Shown here: in pieces, positions 1 to 11,268 of the stretch
How the letters are laid out: each line of letters begins with the position of its first letter
How positions within the stretch are numbered: position 1 is the first letter of the stretch
DNA from: Podarcis liolepis
Lineage: Eukaryota
Length of the DNA: 64,000 nt
Assembly: GCA_965112155.1 (NCBI GenBank)
Contig: OZ218103.1
Reading direction: 5' to 3' (one strand)
Notes under the pieces: model-generated
What the model saw: the letters and a program-made list of their open reading frames with translations, nothing else
Database searches by the model: none
Told to the model about the DNA's origin: nothing
Made by a program: the position numbers and the translations under genes

Positions 1-124
1 GAACGTGCCTTGGAAGTCGAACTTTCGAAGCGGCGGCTTGTTTGAGTTTTCAGTTTTCAAACGTTTCAGAAGTCTTAACAGTCTTCCGGAACAGATTACG
101 TTCGAAAACCGAGGTTCCACTGTA
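1..124. mobile_element. Right end of a Tc1/mariner (Tigger/pogo-like) non-autonomous DNA transposon, cut by the window edge
   Basis: Ends ...GAAAACCGAGGTTCCACTG followed by TA. The terminus resembles the TIRs of the element at 23935-24175; CpG-rich. Confidence 0.7.
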
Positions 125-479
125 ATATTCTATGTATTGGTTATTTTGTCTTAAATATCACAGGGTGTATGGCATCTCCAGTTGTGTGTCTGCTGCACTA
201 CTTATAAAGAGGTTTTATTCAGTCAGAACCAGTAATTGTTGCCTATAAACATTTGAGTGATAACTTCATAGAAGTTTGCAAAAATAATGATTCTTGTAAA
301 TTTCTGCTTGTAATTAATTTTCCACCGCCACTGGTTGCTTAAAACCTATTTTATTTGCAAAGTTGCACTTCTTTTTTGTGCCGTAAACTGTGATCTTTTC
401 CTTATGCATGCTGAATTTGTTTCTTAAATTGATCAAATTTTGTTAATTACTATATCAATAATTTTATTTTATTTTCTAG

Positions 480-539
480 TGTTGGATAGCAAAGTACCAA
501 AATCAGAAGATATTGATGAAGAAGATGATGACGTTCCTG
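480..539 (+). CDS. BTF3L4: BTF3L4 penultimate coding exon (VLDSKVPKSEDIDEEDDDVP)
   Basis: ttctag acceptor and gtaag donor; 60 nt, phase 1-1. The translation matches the acidic C-terminal region of NAC-beta-like BTF3L4. Confidence 0.93.
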
Positions 540-1630
540 GTAAGATTATTCTACTTAATCTTTAAATTATTTAGCATGTATCTGCTTGACTGAGCACGTG
601 ACAATGTTTTTGTAAATTTGAGAATCTACTTGGTGGGTTAATCACAGATACAAAGGGAAAGTGCTTCATAAGAATTGCATGCTGTACATCCTGGAGCACA
701 TAACTGTCACGGGACCAACCTTAGGAAACCACAAGTCTTTGCAGAAGGATTTCTATCTGCTGCTATGCCTTTGGTTCCTAGAGACTTAGGCACCTCTCAA
801 ATGGGGTGAGAAACTTAACTAGTGGATTCTGTGAGGGAATAATATTTTAAGAACAAGCAGAAAAGAGGTTTACTGTAATGAATAGAAGGGGGGGCTATTA
901 ATGGTTGTATCTGTGTTGTATAATCTGTCTTTCAAAATCCTTTTAAATATTGCTCACTACATAAATTAAATGTTAAGTTTGAGTCATTTAGCCCCTGATT
1001 TTTTTTAGAAGGGTCTCACACAAGACTGCAATAATTTAGCAAATAAGTCTAGATTTCATGAAGCGTAGCCATCATTGGTGAAGATTTGAAAAATTAATAT
1101 AAGGCAAAATACAGGTTGCATTTGTTGATTGCAGCTCAGAGGTCAATTGTCTATAAGCCATAGCTGTTATCATCCCGATTTGATCAGGGGTTGCAGTCCC
1201 ATGCATCCTGACATGGGAGTGAGCTCTGTTGTACGTGGGGCGGGGGGAGCTTAGTTCCTTGTAAGCAAGCATAGGATTGTACTATAGATCATTTTTGTTT
1301 AATGCCTAGATGTTTGCTGGCATAGCAACAGATGTCAGTCTAGGAGCTGCCATGTTGCCTGATAGCAGGCATAGGGAGAGACTAACAGAATTATTTTTCC
1401 AGTGCTGACCAGATGTAATTGCAAGTCACCCCATAGAAATACTAGGGCCTAGTCACCGTTAAACAAAAGAGAACGTCTTGTAATTGCTTTGAGGTTTTGA
1501 GATAAAAATGATGTAGGAATAATGTTCATTATACCATAGTCTTTTAGATAAAACATACATTTTAATAAAAAACATTTCTCTTTGGCTCGCCTATTGAATG
1601 TTACTGTATTATACTTTCCATGTTTTTCAG

Positions 1631-1677
1631 ATCTTGTAGAAAACTTCGATGAAGCATCAAAAAATGAAGCTAATTAA
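1631..1677 (+). CDS. BTF3L4: BTF3L4 last coding exon (DLVENFDEASKNEAN*)
   Basis: tttttcag acceptor; characteristic BTF3-family C-terminus; TAA at 1675-1677. Position upstream of ZFYVE9 fits BTF3L4 synteny. Confidence 0.93.
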
Positions 1678-3535
1678 TTCATTAATAGTTCTGGAAGTTG
1701 ACATGGACTAGATTTAAGAAATCAGCTGTGTGGTTCCAAAGTTTTACAGAAACAGTGAACATTACCCGTTTAATAGTTCAATAATATAAAATATTTTGTA
1801 TTTTAATTATGCTGCTTGTTCAGCAATTCCTGTTGGTTGATTTTTGCATTTTGCACTTACTCCCAGGATCTACCTTTTCAGTTAAAAAGGAAAAAAACAA
1901 ATAATACATTTTCAGTGCAGATTAAAGGGTGTGTGCATGTGTGTGTATGTGTGTATGTGGCTTTGCGTACAGTGGAGAGGAAATCGGTGAACAGATCTAT
2001 TTGACTTTCCCTTCCACCTTGAAAGTAGAAATAAAATGAGTCTTTAACTTGGTTAAAGGAACCTTTATTGTTGCAACCAAACAGTTCACATGCAATAGTG
2101 ATAACTTAAGTCTTGCTTGTCTACATTTCATGAACTCCAGAAAACATTTACTAATTAACATTTGAGTTTAATTTTCTTCATTAACTATTGTATTTACATT
2201 TGTATTTCTCTTCCATATTCACAGTGTATATGTGCAGTTTCCCACCAGCCTCCTTTTGATTCTAAATTGTACCAAAGACAGGGTATTAATTAACAAACAT
2301 GTTTGTTGCAACATTTTTTAAAAATATATATACTTAAGAGCTTGGTTTTCCCCATCCCTTTTAAAACCCTTCGCTCATTCACCTTAATATTTAACTTGGG
2401 TTGCATTCACATGTTATGGAGTAATCTACTTTGCCTTGGATAAACAGCCTATTCTGTGAAGTCCTGCCTGTTTATGCCGAGCAAGTGTCAACCCTGCTGT
2501 TACGGCATAATTTTTGTAATAATCTGTAAGAAGCCTGATTATATTCTTGCTCTGGGTTTCTGGGAGAAGATAAGAATATCCTAGACTTTGATAAAGGTTG
2601 GAGGCTACAGTCTACTCAAGTGCTGAATCAAATGCCTTGGTAGCTTCTCTTTGGTACAATTAGCTGTTTTTCAAACACACCTCCCTTCAAAGCGTTGAAT
2701 GCTGTTTGACCCTTTTCATCTCAGATAAGCAGGGCCTCTGGGCATATTTTCCAGTGGTGTTGCTTACTTTTAGAGGAGTCTGTCTCATATCCTGTTTTTC
2801 AGTAGGAGATAGTGCATCATGGTGCACTGTAAAATAATTTTATTGGAAGAGGTAAAACGGTTGTGGATGTTACCAGACAGCTCCCAAGAGCATATGAGCC
2901 ACTGTCATATTTCAGGACACTAGAATCTGGAAGTGTAGTTTGGATTATACAGAACGGACAAGGAAAGTGCCATTGCTTGTATTGTGTTGTGTTTTGCATA
3001 AATTGTCCAGCGACAGGCTTAAAACATTAATTTTGAGGTTTGGAACCTGTTATCTGCAACCTACTTTGGGTGGATACAATGGTTACAGTCACTTTTGAAA
3101 ACAAAAGCGCTCCTCTGGTGGCGCAGAGGATAGTGGCTATAGCACAGGTACAGTGCAGTATTTTCTGAACCTTCCTTCAAACTGCTCAATGTGAAGCTCT
3201 TCCTAGCGGTTCTTCAAAGGTGATTGGTGTAATGCAGTTGAGCATCATTTTAACCTTTGTCAAGGGCAGCTGCGGCGCGGGAAAGCCATCTTTCTTACCT
3301 TTCTTTGGTGTACTTTTGAGACATATCTGCTTTCTGTGTATATACACCCAGCGACTATAAAGTTTGAGGCTATCAGTATGTCAGCATTCTAGTGACATCA
3401 AGCTGAACCACGAAAGCAGAGCTTTTAGTGGTTTGTCACCTGGACTGCTCACTTGATTTTATAGATTTGTTTGGTTTTCTTGTTCTATTTTATATAAAAC
3501 GTGGATCTTAATAAAATAATTCAAAAGAGGCAATG
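1678..3535 (+). other. BTF3L4: BTF3L4 3' UTR with candidate poly(A) signals
   Basis: AATAAA at 2030-2035 and 3510-3515; the second is followed by a GU/U-rich tract (tgttccctcttgtgtgtt). The end coordinate is inferred. Confidence 0.55.
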
Positions 3536-5429
3536 TTCCCTCTTGTGTGTTATCTCCTCCTAACAACAACACTGATAGAGGGACAGAACGTGGTTACAGG
3601 TGATGCTTTAACCAGCAGTACACTTGCCATGCTATATTTTTTGAATATTTCTTCTTTCTGCACATGTGCAAATAATAGGCGTAGTTCCTTTAAGCATATT
3701 TGCTGTCCCATGAGACAGCAAATGAACATTTAGAAATATTTTTGCAGAGAGTTTTTAACTGATCAGTATGGCTGAAGCTCACATAATTTCACAGTTATTC
3801 TGTCCTTATAACTAACATTTTCAGTTCAGCTGTTAATAATTTACTTAATGAAGATTGGAAACATAAATTTAATTTCTTGTCCAGAATTAGGAAATACTTC
3901 AGAATAGTAAAGGGCAGGCATTTGGAATAAGTTTCAATTCCTTTTACCAACAAAGCGCACACCCACAAGTCTCCAGCTTTAAACTTTCCTTTTGCCAATT
4001 TATTTGTAATCCTTATTCATACTTGTGTTTGGAAATCAGCAATTATCTTGCATAGTGATTACTTTTTACTGTATGCCAAGAACTGTTGACCACTTAATTG
4101 TTTTTTGCCGACGTTCTATAGCTTATTGAAAACCATTAAACTGATCATAACTGAAGACGTGAACTATTAAGACTGTTCTCATACCACCTAGTCTCCTTTT
4201 GGCACTTGAGACTAACAGCCTTCTGGAGCTGACCATCAAGGCAAACCTTCCACTTCCAGTGCTATGAGATGCATTGATTAGACACAGCAACACAGTTGTA
4301 GAGGGTTTGTTTGCTTTTTTGTTCATGTCAAATATTTGAGTAAATAATAGAATTTGTAACCCCCATAAAGTTTTCATTAATTTAGCATTGTACTGGCACC
4401 TATGATACTATGTAGTGTCTTGAAGGTTAAACAATTATTAAAGCAATTCATTGAAATATAAAATATGCGTTGCTGGCACCCTGGTCTTAGACTTCTAAAT
4501 GTTGAAGTAAGTCCTATTGATGTGAATGGAGCTTACTTCTGAGTGCGTTTTATTTGAATCAATAGTCTAATAAGCGGAATCAGTTTAAATAGGTTTTCCT
4601 ATGACTCTTAGAACTAGGGGGCAGGACACTGCCATAGGATGCTGAGAACCTCCTCTATGAGTATAGGGCTCCCTGGACTGGCAGTGTCCTGAGGCCAGTT
4701 CAACCAGAAATGGGTTTAGGGGAGGCCTCGGATCTGCTAGTTCCAAACCCTCCTTGTTCCCCTTGCACCGAGTGTACTTCTTTTCCTTACCATTAATGAA
4801 AATAGGAAAGAGGTTGACAGGAAGAGGAAACCTTGTAGGTCTACACCTACCACATTCTCCCCTGGTCACAGCAAGCAGGCAGGGCTATGGTTGTAGCAGA
4901 TACTCCACCACAGATCTCCTCCTCATGGGAACATAGGATTGCTCGGTTTGTTAGTATAGTTTAACCTCAGTGCAGAGAGCCATAATATATTTTAAGCCCT
5001 CTGCAGAAGCACTTGTGTAGTCCCACTTAAATTTGAAACAAACTATTAGATCATAGTATAGTCGACTCAGCTTACGCAGGGGTTACCGAGGTAGCTGATA
5101 TAAAGCCACAGTTGCCTCTACAGTAGTCAAAACACACTCCTTACACCTCCAAACACGCTCAAGGCCACTGAACGATCTCCCTGCATCTCCCAGTGCTGTT
5201 CCAAGGTGAGTGCAATGGTGGGTGGGACTGCCAGTGCCTCCCCCCTCCCAATACCCCCTTATTTTTATGTAGTCAAATACATAAAGCTGAATTTGCACAA
5301 GTTAAATGCTTGTAAATTGCAAGGCAGCTAGTTAACTAGCTTGGTGGCAACTTGTTTCCCAGCATCTCAGTAGAATCAATGTTATTTCTAAAAGAATACA
5401 TTATTTAGAACACGAAATTATATTACAGT

Positions 5430-5585
5430 CAGTCCATTGGTCCATCTACTTCAATATTGATGAAACTGATTGGGTAAGGGGCTTCCAATATTTCAGACAG
5501 GATTCTTTCCCAGCCCTACCTGAAGGTGCCAGGAACTGAACCTGGGATGTTTAGTATGCAAGGTGTGGGCTGATCCACTGAGATA
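5430..5585 (-). mobile_element. Degraded tRNA-derived squamate SINE
   Basis: On -, a B-box-like ggttcagttcc is followed by caggtagggctggg and a gatggaccaatggactgac tail. Same family as 14681-14802 and 36540-36712. Confidence 0.55.
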
Positions 5586-6154
5586 CATAACCCGTCTCCG
5601 TAACCTGTGGAAGCTCAAAAGACCCAGAGAGCACATCTGGATGCTAAACATCTTACTGCTGAAACCTACTTGCTGTGCATTTTTCATGAAATGTGGTTTT
5701 AGGACAATATGGTCTGAAGAATTCTGATTATGCCCTGTGTTTATGGTATCACATTCTGCTAGCATAACACTGTTATCTGTGCTGTAGTGACTGCAGGAGA
5801 ACTTCGTTTCCCTTCCTGTCAGCAGATGAACTTTATTTTGCCCTTGTCTTTTTGTTTTATCTTGTGTTCCTGTTCCTTCACAGATACTAATTTGAGGGAA
5901 AGTGGGTTTAGGGATAGAAAGACAATATAACCACTACACATTTTGAAAAGGGAGCAGAAGGAAAGAATAATCATGTTTATTGCACATAAGAGCTGATACA
6001 GGTTATATATTGTACGGTTGTTAAGATCCTTGGATAGCTGTACATGTACAAATAAGACACAAAGCTACTGCAAATAAAAGTGCAAAATTAAAATTACTAA
6101 TTGTGTGTGTGTTCTTGCAGATTTTTTTTCTGATTGTAGGAGAGGCAACGGGAA

Positions 6155-6610
6155 ATTATAGGGACAGAACCACTTAAACCGTATAGAAACTTATTCATGT
6201 ATGCTACTACAGCGGCAAGAACGTTACCCCAAAATGGAAAGAAGTAGAAGCAAAGGAAGAATGGATACAAAAACTTATGGAATATGTAGAAATGGCAAAA
6301 CTTCCCAGAAAAATAATAACTCAATATAACAAACTTTTTATAAAAGAATGGAAATGGAGTATTGAATATTTACAGATAAATTGTAAACAGATAAGAACAT
6401 TGGCAGGATTATAGTAATAACTGCAGTTTGATCAGAGTATATATTTAAAGTAGATGAATAAATGAACACGTTAATTAGGATATGCAGAAGACATTAAAAA
6501 TAAATTTAAGGAACCGCAGAAAAGGGGGAAGGAAGTCAAGTTTTGAAATGTTAACATTGTTAAATTAGTGAAATGTATAAACCTGAAAATCATAATTTTT
6601 TTTTTTAAAA
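6155..6610 (+). mobile_element. 5'-truncated L1-clade LINE (ORF2 C-terminus plus 3' UTR)
   Basis: Frameshifted translation LFMYATTAART..KWKE..EWIQKLMEYVEMAKL..FIKEWKW. Flanked by a perfect 12-bp TSD AGGCAACGGGAA at 6143-6154 and 6611-6622. Confidence 0.8.
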
Positions 6611-7258
6611 AGGCAACGGGAAGCATGGTGCAGATACATACACCACCAGTGCCTATACAGACTTGCAAGTATTTTCCAAGCTACGTACCAGAAAAAGAAG
6701 GGGTATAAAATTATGCTGATCCTGAATGGACAGACTTTTTGGTTGGTGACATAAATTAGCCATCTGAAAAACATCCAAGGAGAAAACACAGCTTCCCAAT
6801 TTACCCCTGAAATATATTTTCATTTAAAATGATGACAGTATATTCTGGATAAGCATTATGTGTTGTGCATTATATTTGTATAATGTGGTCACATCTGAGG
6901 CAGATATGGTTGATTTTGGACTGCTTGGAGCACAATATGGCAGCTGAGATCAGCTTGGCAATTTTCTTTACTGTTAAGCCTTCTGTAGGGTTACATTAGT
7001 TCAATGCATTATCCAAACGCAAAGGAATTTCTGCAGTAATATGAATGAATTATCTAGCCACCAGATTAAAGATTCTCAACATAAGAAGCACCTCCTGCAG
7101 CAAGTACAGCATCATTCCCTTAACAGTACTGGACTGGAGGCTGTGTTTGTTGACCTTGAATGATCAGTGCCACAAGTTCATGCAGCAACAGCCTTTTTGC
7201 TGGCTTCACACTTCCCCAGGGTACTTGCACTGCATCTTTTGGATCCATATGATGTGAC

Positions 7259-7515
7259 TTGGTTGGTTGGCATCTGTCTTGGGAGACTGGAGGAGTGTGC
7301 CTTTGTGGATGAGGTCAAGCTGTTGGAATGTTGCAGCACCTGCCGTGGCTGTAGAGACCAATGTGGGAAAGACATGTTTTGTTGCAGCTGGGGCAGATGA
7401 AGGCCTCCAGTTGTGCTGCTGCACATGCACCATGGTGTTTCTTCTCTCTGCACTTTTCTCCTCTGGTCACTGCTATGGATGCATGACTGCTGTGACCTGT
7501 TTCCTCTGGCGTTGA
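7259..7515 (-). mobile_element. 3' fragment of an RTE-clade LINE
   Basis: C-terminal C2H2-like motif FICPSCNKTCLSHIGLYSH in ORF 7315..7848(-), then a short UTR and a (CAAC)n tail. Confidence 0.7.
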
Positions 7516-8638
7516 GATGTTCACCAAAAGCAAGTCTAAAGAGAGATCACTTTGTCGGTAAGCTTCCATCATACTGCTTCTGCTTTGGGCCTTGAGGCAT
7601 AAGTGTTTCAATGTTGTAATCTGCCCCCTGGGACCAGAGGAGAAGTGGCAGTGGCAAAAGTCCCAGCTTGATAAGAAGCTATAGATTGTTGTGCATGTAA
7701 GCCTCTGGGGATGGTTTTTGTAAAGGAAAAAAGCAAATAACAGGCAAAAACCTTCATAGTTTCCTGCTCTCTTTAAATTAAGGGTTAAATCGGATGTACG
7801 AAGGTTGCAACACAACATAGTGATACTTGCTTCCATCTGGAGTACCATTTGGAAGCTTTCCTTTTGATGAGAGATGAAAAACAGTTATAGGGTGCATCTA
7901 TTTGAAAGGTTCGTCGTCTAAATTGATATATTTTTATGAAATGTATTTCTGTGATAGTCCCTCAAAGCCACAATTATGGAGCAGAACTCCTCTTCTGCTA
8001 CATGAGTAAGCACAAGCTGACAGAATCTGTTCCAAAGCCACCAATCTTTTGCAACATATAAATATAAACTCCAGCTGGGGGATGCTGAGGATCTGAAGAT
8101 CAGTGAAGAAAATACTGAAATGTGAGTCTTTTAACAGGCATTAATTTAAAGGCCTGTTAAAATTTAAAAACCACTCTCGTAATGGAAGGGAATGCTTAAG
8201 ACATGCTTGGAGAAAGAGCAAAATGGCTTAACGAAGGCAATGATGCTATTTCCCTCAATATTACTACAAATTGCATCACTGTCCCAAGTTACTGTCTGTT
8301 AGTGAATGGTTTATTGTAGTGGATTTCACCCTGCCCTTTAACGAGTTCCAAAAATATAGGCAAGCTAGTAGATATTTCTAGGAAGAAAACAGTAATTATC
8401 AGTGATTTAGTTTCCTAAGTTATTCATTCTAAATAAACTGTTGGGTTAGTGCTATTAGTATGCAGTCGCTGGTTGCCAACAGATCTCCCCTCTCCCAGTT
8501 ATGTATGGCTAGAAGAGTGTGTCTGATCAGGATCCTGAGGCAAATGGGACACACCCCAGATACAACAAGATCTATGGGGATCTACACCACCTGCTGTGTA
8601 TAGACTGGTTAATCACGTGTCAGGTGTGTGAAGCAAAG

Positions 8639-8977
8639 TTAAGGCAAAGGGACCCCTGACCATTACGTTCAGTCGTGGCTGACTCTGGGGTTGCGGCACT
8701 CATCTCACTTTATTGGCCGAGGGAGCCGGCGTACAGCTTCTGGGTCATGTGGCCAGCATGACTAAGCGGCTTCTGGCAAACCAGAGCAGCGCATGGAAAC
8801 GCCTTTTACCTTCCCGCCGGAGCGGTAGCTATTTATCTACTTGCACTTTGACATGCTTTCGAACTGCTAGGTTGGCAGAAGCAGGGACCAAGCAACAAGA
8901 GCTCATCCCGTTGCAGGGATTCAAACCGCCGACCTTCTTAGGCTCTGTGGTTTAACCCACAGCACCACCCGTGTACC
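8639..8977 (-). mobile_element. Sauria SINE, near full length
   Basis: On -, a tRNA-like head, the GCAAGTAGATAAATAG core and a GGGTCCCTTTGCCTT tail. Probable TSD AAGCAAAG at 8631-8638 and 8981-8988. Confidence 0.9.
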
Positions 8978-10782
8978 TTAAAGCAAAGCAAACCTGTAAA
9001 AAAAATCTTTTAATTCTCATATGCAGTTACATACCTAGCTGCTTCTTCCACCCCACTTCTTTGCACTATGATTTCCCCAACCCCTCACATTCAAAGTTGT
9101 CAATTAACTATTTTTCACTCCTCAACATGACTTAATGCAGGCGTGAGGAGTCTCTCGTAGATTTCAGTGGGACATATGTCTTAGGAATAGGACTTTCAAG
9201 GCTGAAATCCTAAACAAATTTACTAGTTTGGGGACTGTTTATTGGACTGGGGAGAGGGTTACATTCCCTTGCTGGCAAACTTTGGCATGGTGGTGGTGGG
9301 CATGCCAGTGGTGGGTAGGGCCAGAAGGAAACATGGGCAGAGCAACAAATATGAAGTGTAGCTTTGTACAGTAAGCTAGTTCTTCTGTCTTCCATCCAGG
9401 CAAGCAAGAGGTATTATTGGAGTTCAAAAACACATTCTAGTCATGCAAAAGCATTAAGCTGTCATGGAAAGAGTTGGTGGTGGCCTGAGGAAAGGGCATG
9501 TGTCTGGGAAAGGGGTGTGGTATGGGGAGAGCCCAGGAGGGCAGACAGGCTTAGAGGGTTCCCCACCCTGTTCTAAAGACTGCTGAAATACTTGTCCATG
9601 CTCAAGTAACCACCTCCTTACTCAATTTCCTCCCTGGCACTTCCTATAATTACAGGATACTTCAGAAATAAACTTTTCCTCTTGCTGCTATGATTGTACC
9701 ACTCCTCTATTGAATTCCATGATATGTCTTCCTATAATTATCTAAAATGAACCTTAACATGCCATTCCACTCAAAATCACTCAACACTGATGACATATCC
9801 TAGAAGATCCTTTATCTGTCTTGGGGGAAAACCAGTGTGAGGTTGCCGTGCAGTACATTTCTGTGTTTGGACCTGACTCAAAGGGCTGATACGTTCAAAC
9901 ATTTACACACACACAGTATCATTTGATGATTGCAACATTGTGTGATGTGTATGCAATTGCACCATCTCAGAGTCGGATCGCCCACCATGTCACAGATCGT
10001 TGCAATGCTTTTAAACAGTCAGTTTATTGTGAGCATCACAAGTGTGCTCAAATCAAATACATGTACAAGGATATTTTATTGTACCACAAAATACTGCCTT
10101 GCAATACATTGCAGACAACCAACCCGATCCACAAGGATAGTATGTAATAATTTGATATGCATTATTTATTTACAACATTTAGACAGCGCTTTTCATAATG
10201 ACTTCAAGGCAGTTTACCAAAATGTCAGCATATAAGCTAAACTTAAGTCATACGCAGCATGACTCACCTTTACAGCTCATCCATTAATTGCTTAGGATTT
10301 GCAGACAAATCTTATCTGTGTCCACTCCAGACAAGCTTACTTTAAGAATTAGATAGCAGACATCGAGCTGAAACTTTGCAGGATAACCTGATTATTTTGA
10401 CCAGATATGCACCAAAAGGGGCCAAGGGATGATAAAGCGCACACTGGCCGATCTCTTAGGAACAAAGGGACGCAACGCAAAAATAAAAAAGGGGTTTGGG
10501 AAAAGCAAAGGGGTGCTTGCATGAGAGTTCTATCTGCATCAAGGAACAGGAATCCTGCATGAACTAACGTGCAGCACATCCTTCCGAACGTGAGCGCACA
10601 GCTGCGCGCGCGCGTAGGTTACACGCGCAGTGATTTCCAGCTGCGTCCTTGCTTGCGGCGGGAGGTTGACGCCTCCCCCTCCGTTTCTTTGCAATGCCCG
10701 AGTCCTCTCCTCTTAGGTGGCTGGCAAAGCCAGTTGTTTGTCCTCCTCGCGCGCCGAGAGGGGTTTCCCTAAAGCATCCAAA

Positions 10783-10796
10783 TTGCCCTCTGGCGA
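10783..10796 (-). promoter_or_regulatory. Candidate CTCF motif TCGCCAGAGGGCAA
   Basis: Matches the CTCF core consensus by eye. Confidence 0.4.
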
Positions 10797-11028
10797 CTCC
10801 GCCTCCCAGAGGCTCGCGCGGCTGCTTGCTCCCTACGTGGACGGTGCCTACCTAGCAAGCCTCGCCTGGGCTTCCGCTTGGAAACGGAGAAATAAACGAG
10901 GAGCGGCGGCGGCTCCACCACCAGCCCTCCCTCCGTCCCCGCGGCGCCACTCTACCACGCAGCCGCGCCTGAGGAGGCCTGCCAGGCTTCCCCGCTTGTG
11001 CCGCAGTGCCGTGCGCTGCCTCTGAGGC

Positions 11029-11042
11029 CAGCCAGGGGGCGC
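11029..11042 (+). promoter_or_regulatory. Candidate CTCF motif CAGCCAGGGGGCGC
   Basis: Matches the CTCF core consensus by eye. Confidence 0.45.
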
Positions 11043-11244
11043 TGGTTGCCGGCAGCTGAGGCGGCCTCGGAGCGGGCGAGGGAGCCCAGCCAGCCAGGAG
11101 AGGAGGCAGCCCTCGCCGTCGGGAACAGGCGGGCAAGCGGGAGGCCGGGCAGGCGCCGCGCTGGCCTTCCTTGAGCTCGGGAAGAGGCCTGCCCGGGAGC
11201 CGAGCGAGGGGAGCCTCTCCGACATGCAGGCCCGGCGGCGCTCG

Positions 11245-11268
11245 CTGCTGCTGCTGCCGCCGCCGCCG
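11245..11268 (+). repeat. (CTG)4(CCG)4 trinucleotide tract in exon 1
   Basis: Read directly. Confidence 0.9.

Noticed and set aside
3107-3121. CTCF-like CCACCAGAGGAGCGC on -
   Set aside because: Two mismatches at highly constrained core positions; unsupported without ChIP data.
7315-7848. 177-aa ORF with a zinc-finger-like end
   Set aside because: The C-terminal part is an RTE LINE remnant; the rest is unrecognisable read-through.
8129-8162. 11-bp perfect inverted repeat TTTTAACAGGC/GCCTGTTAAAA
   Set aside because: Short, AT-rich and intergenic, with no supporting context.
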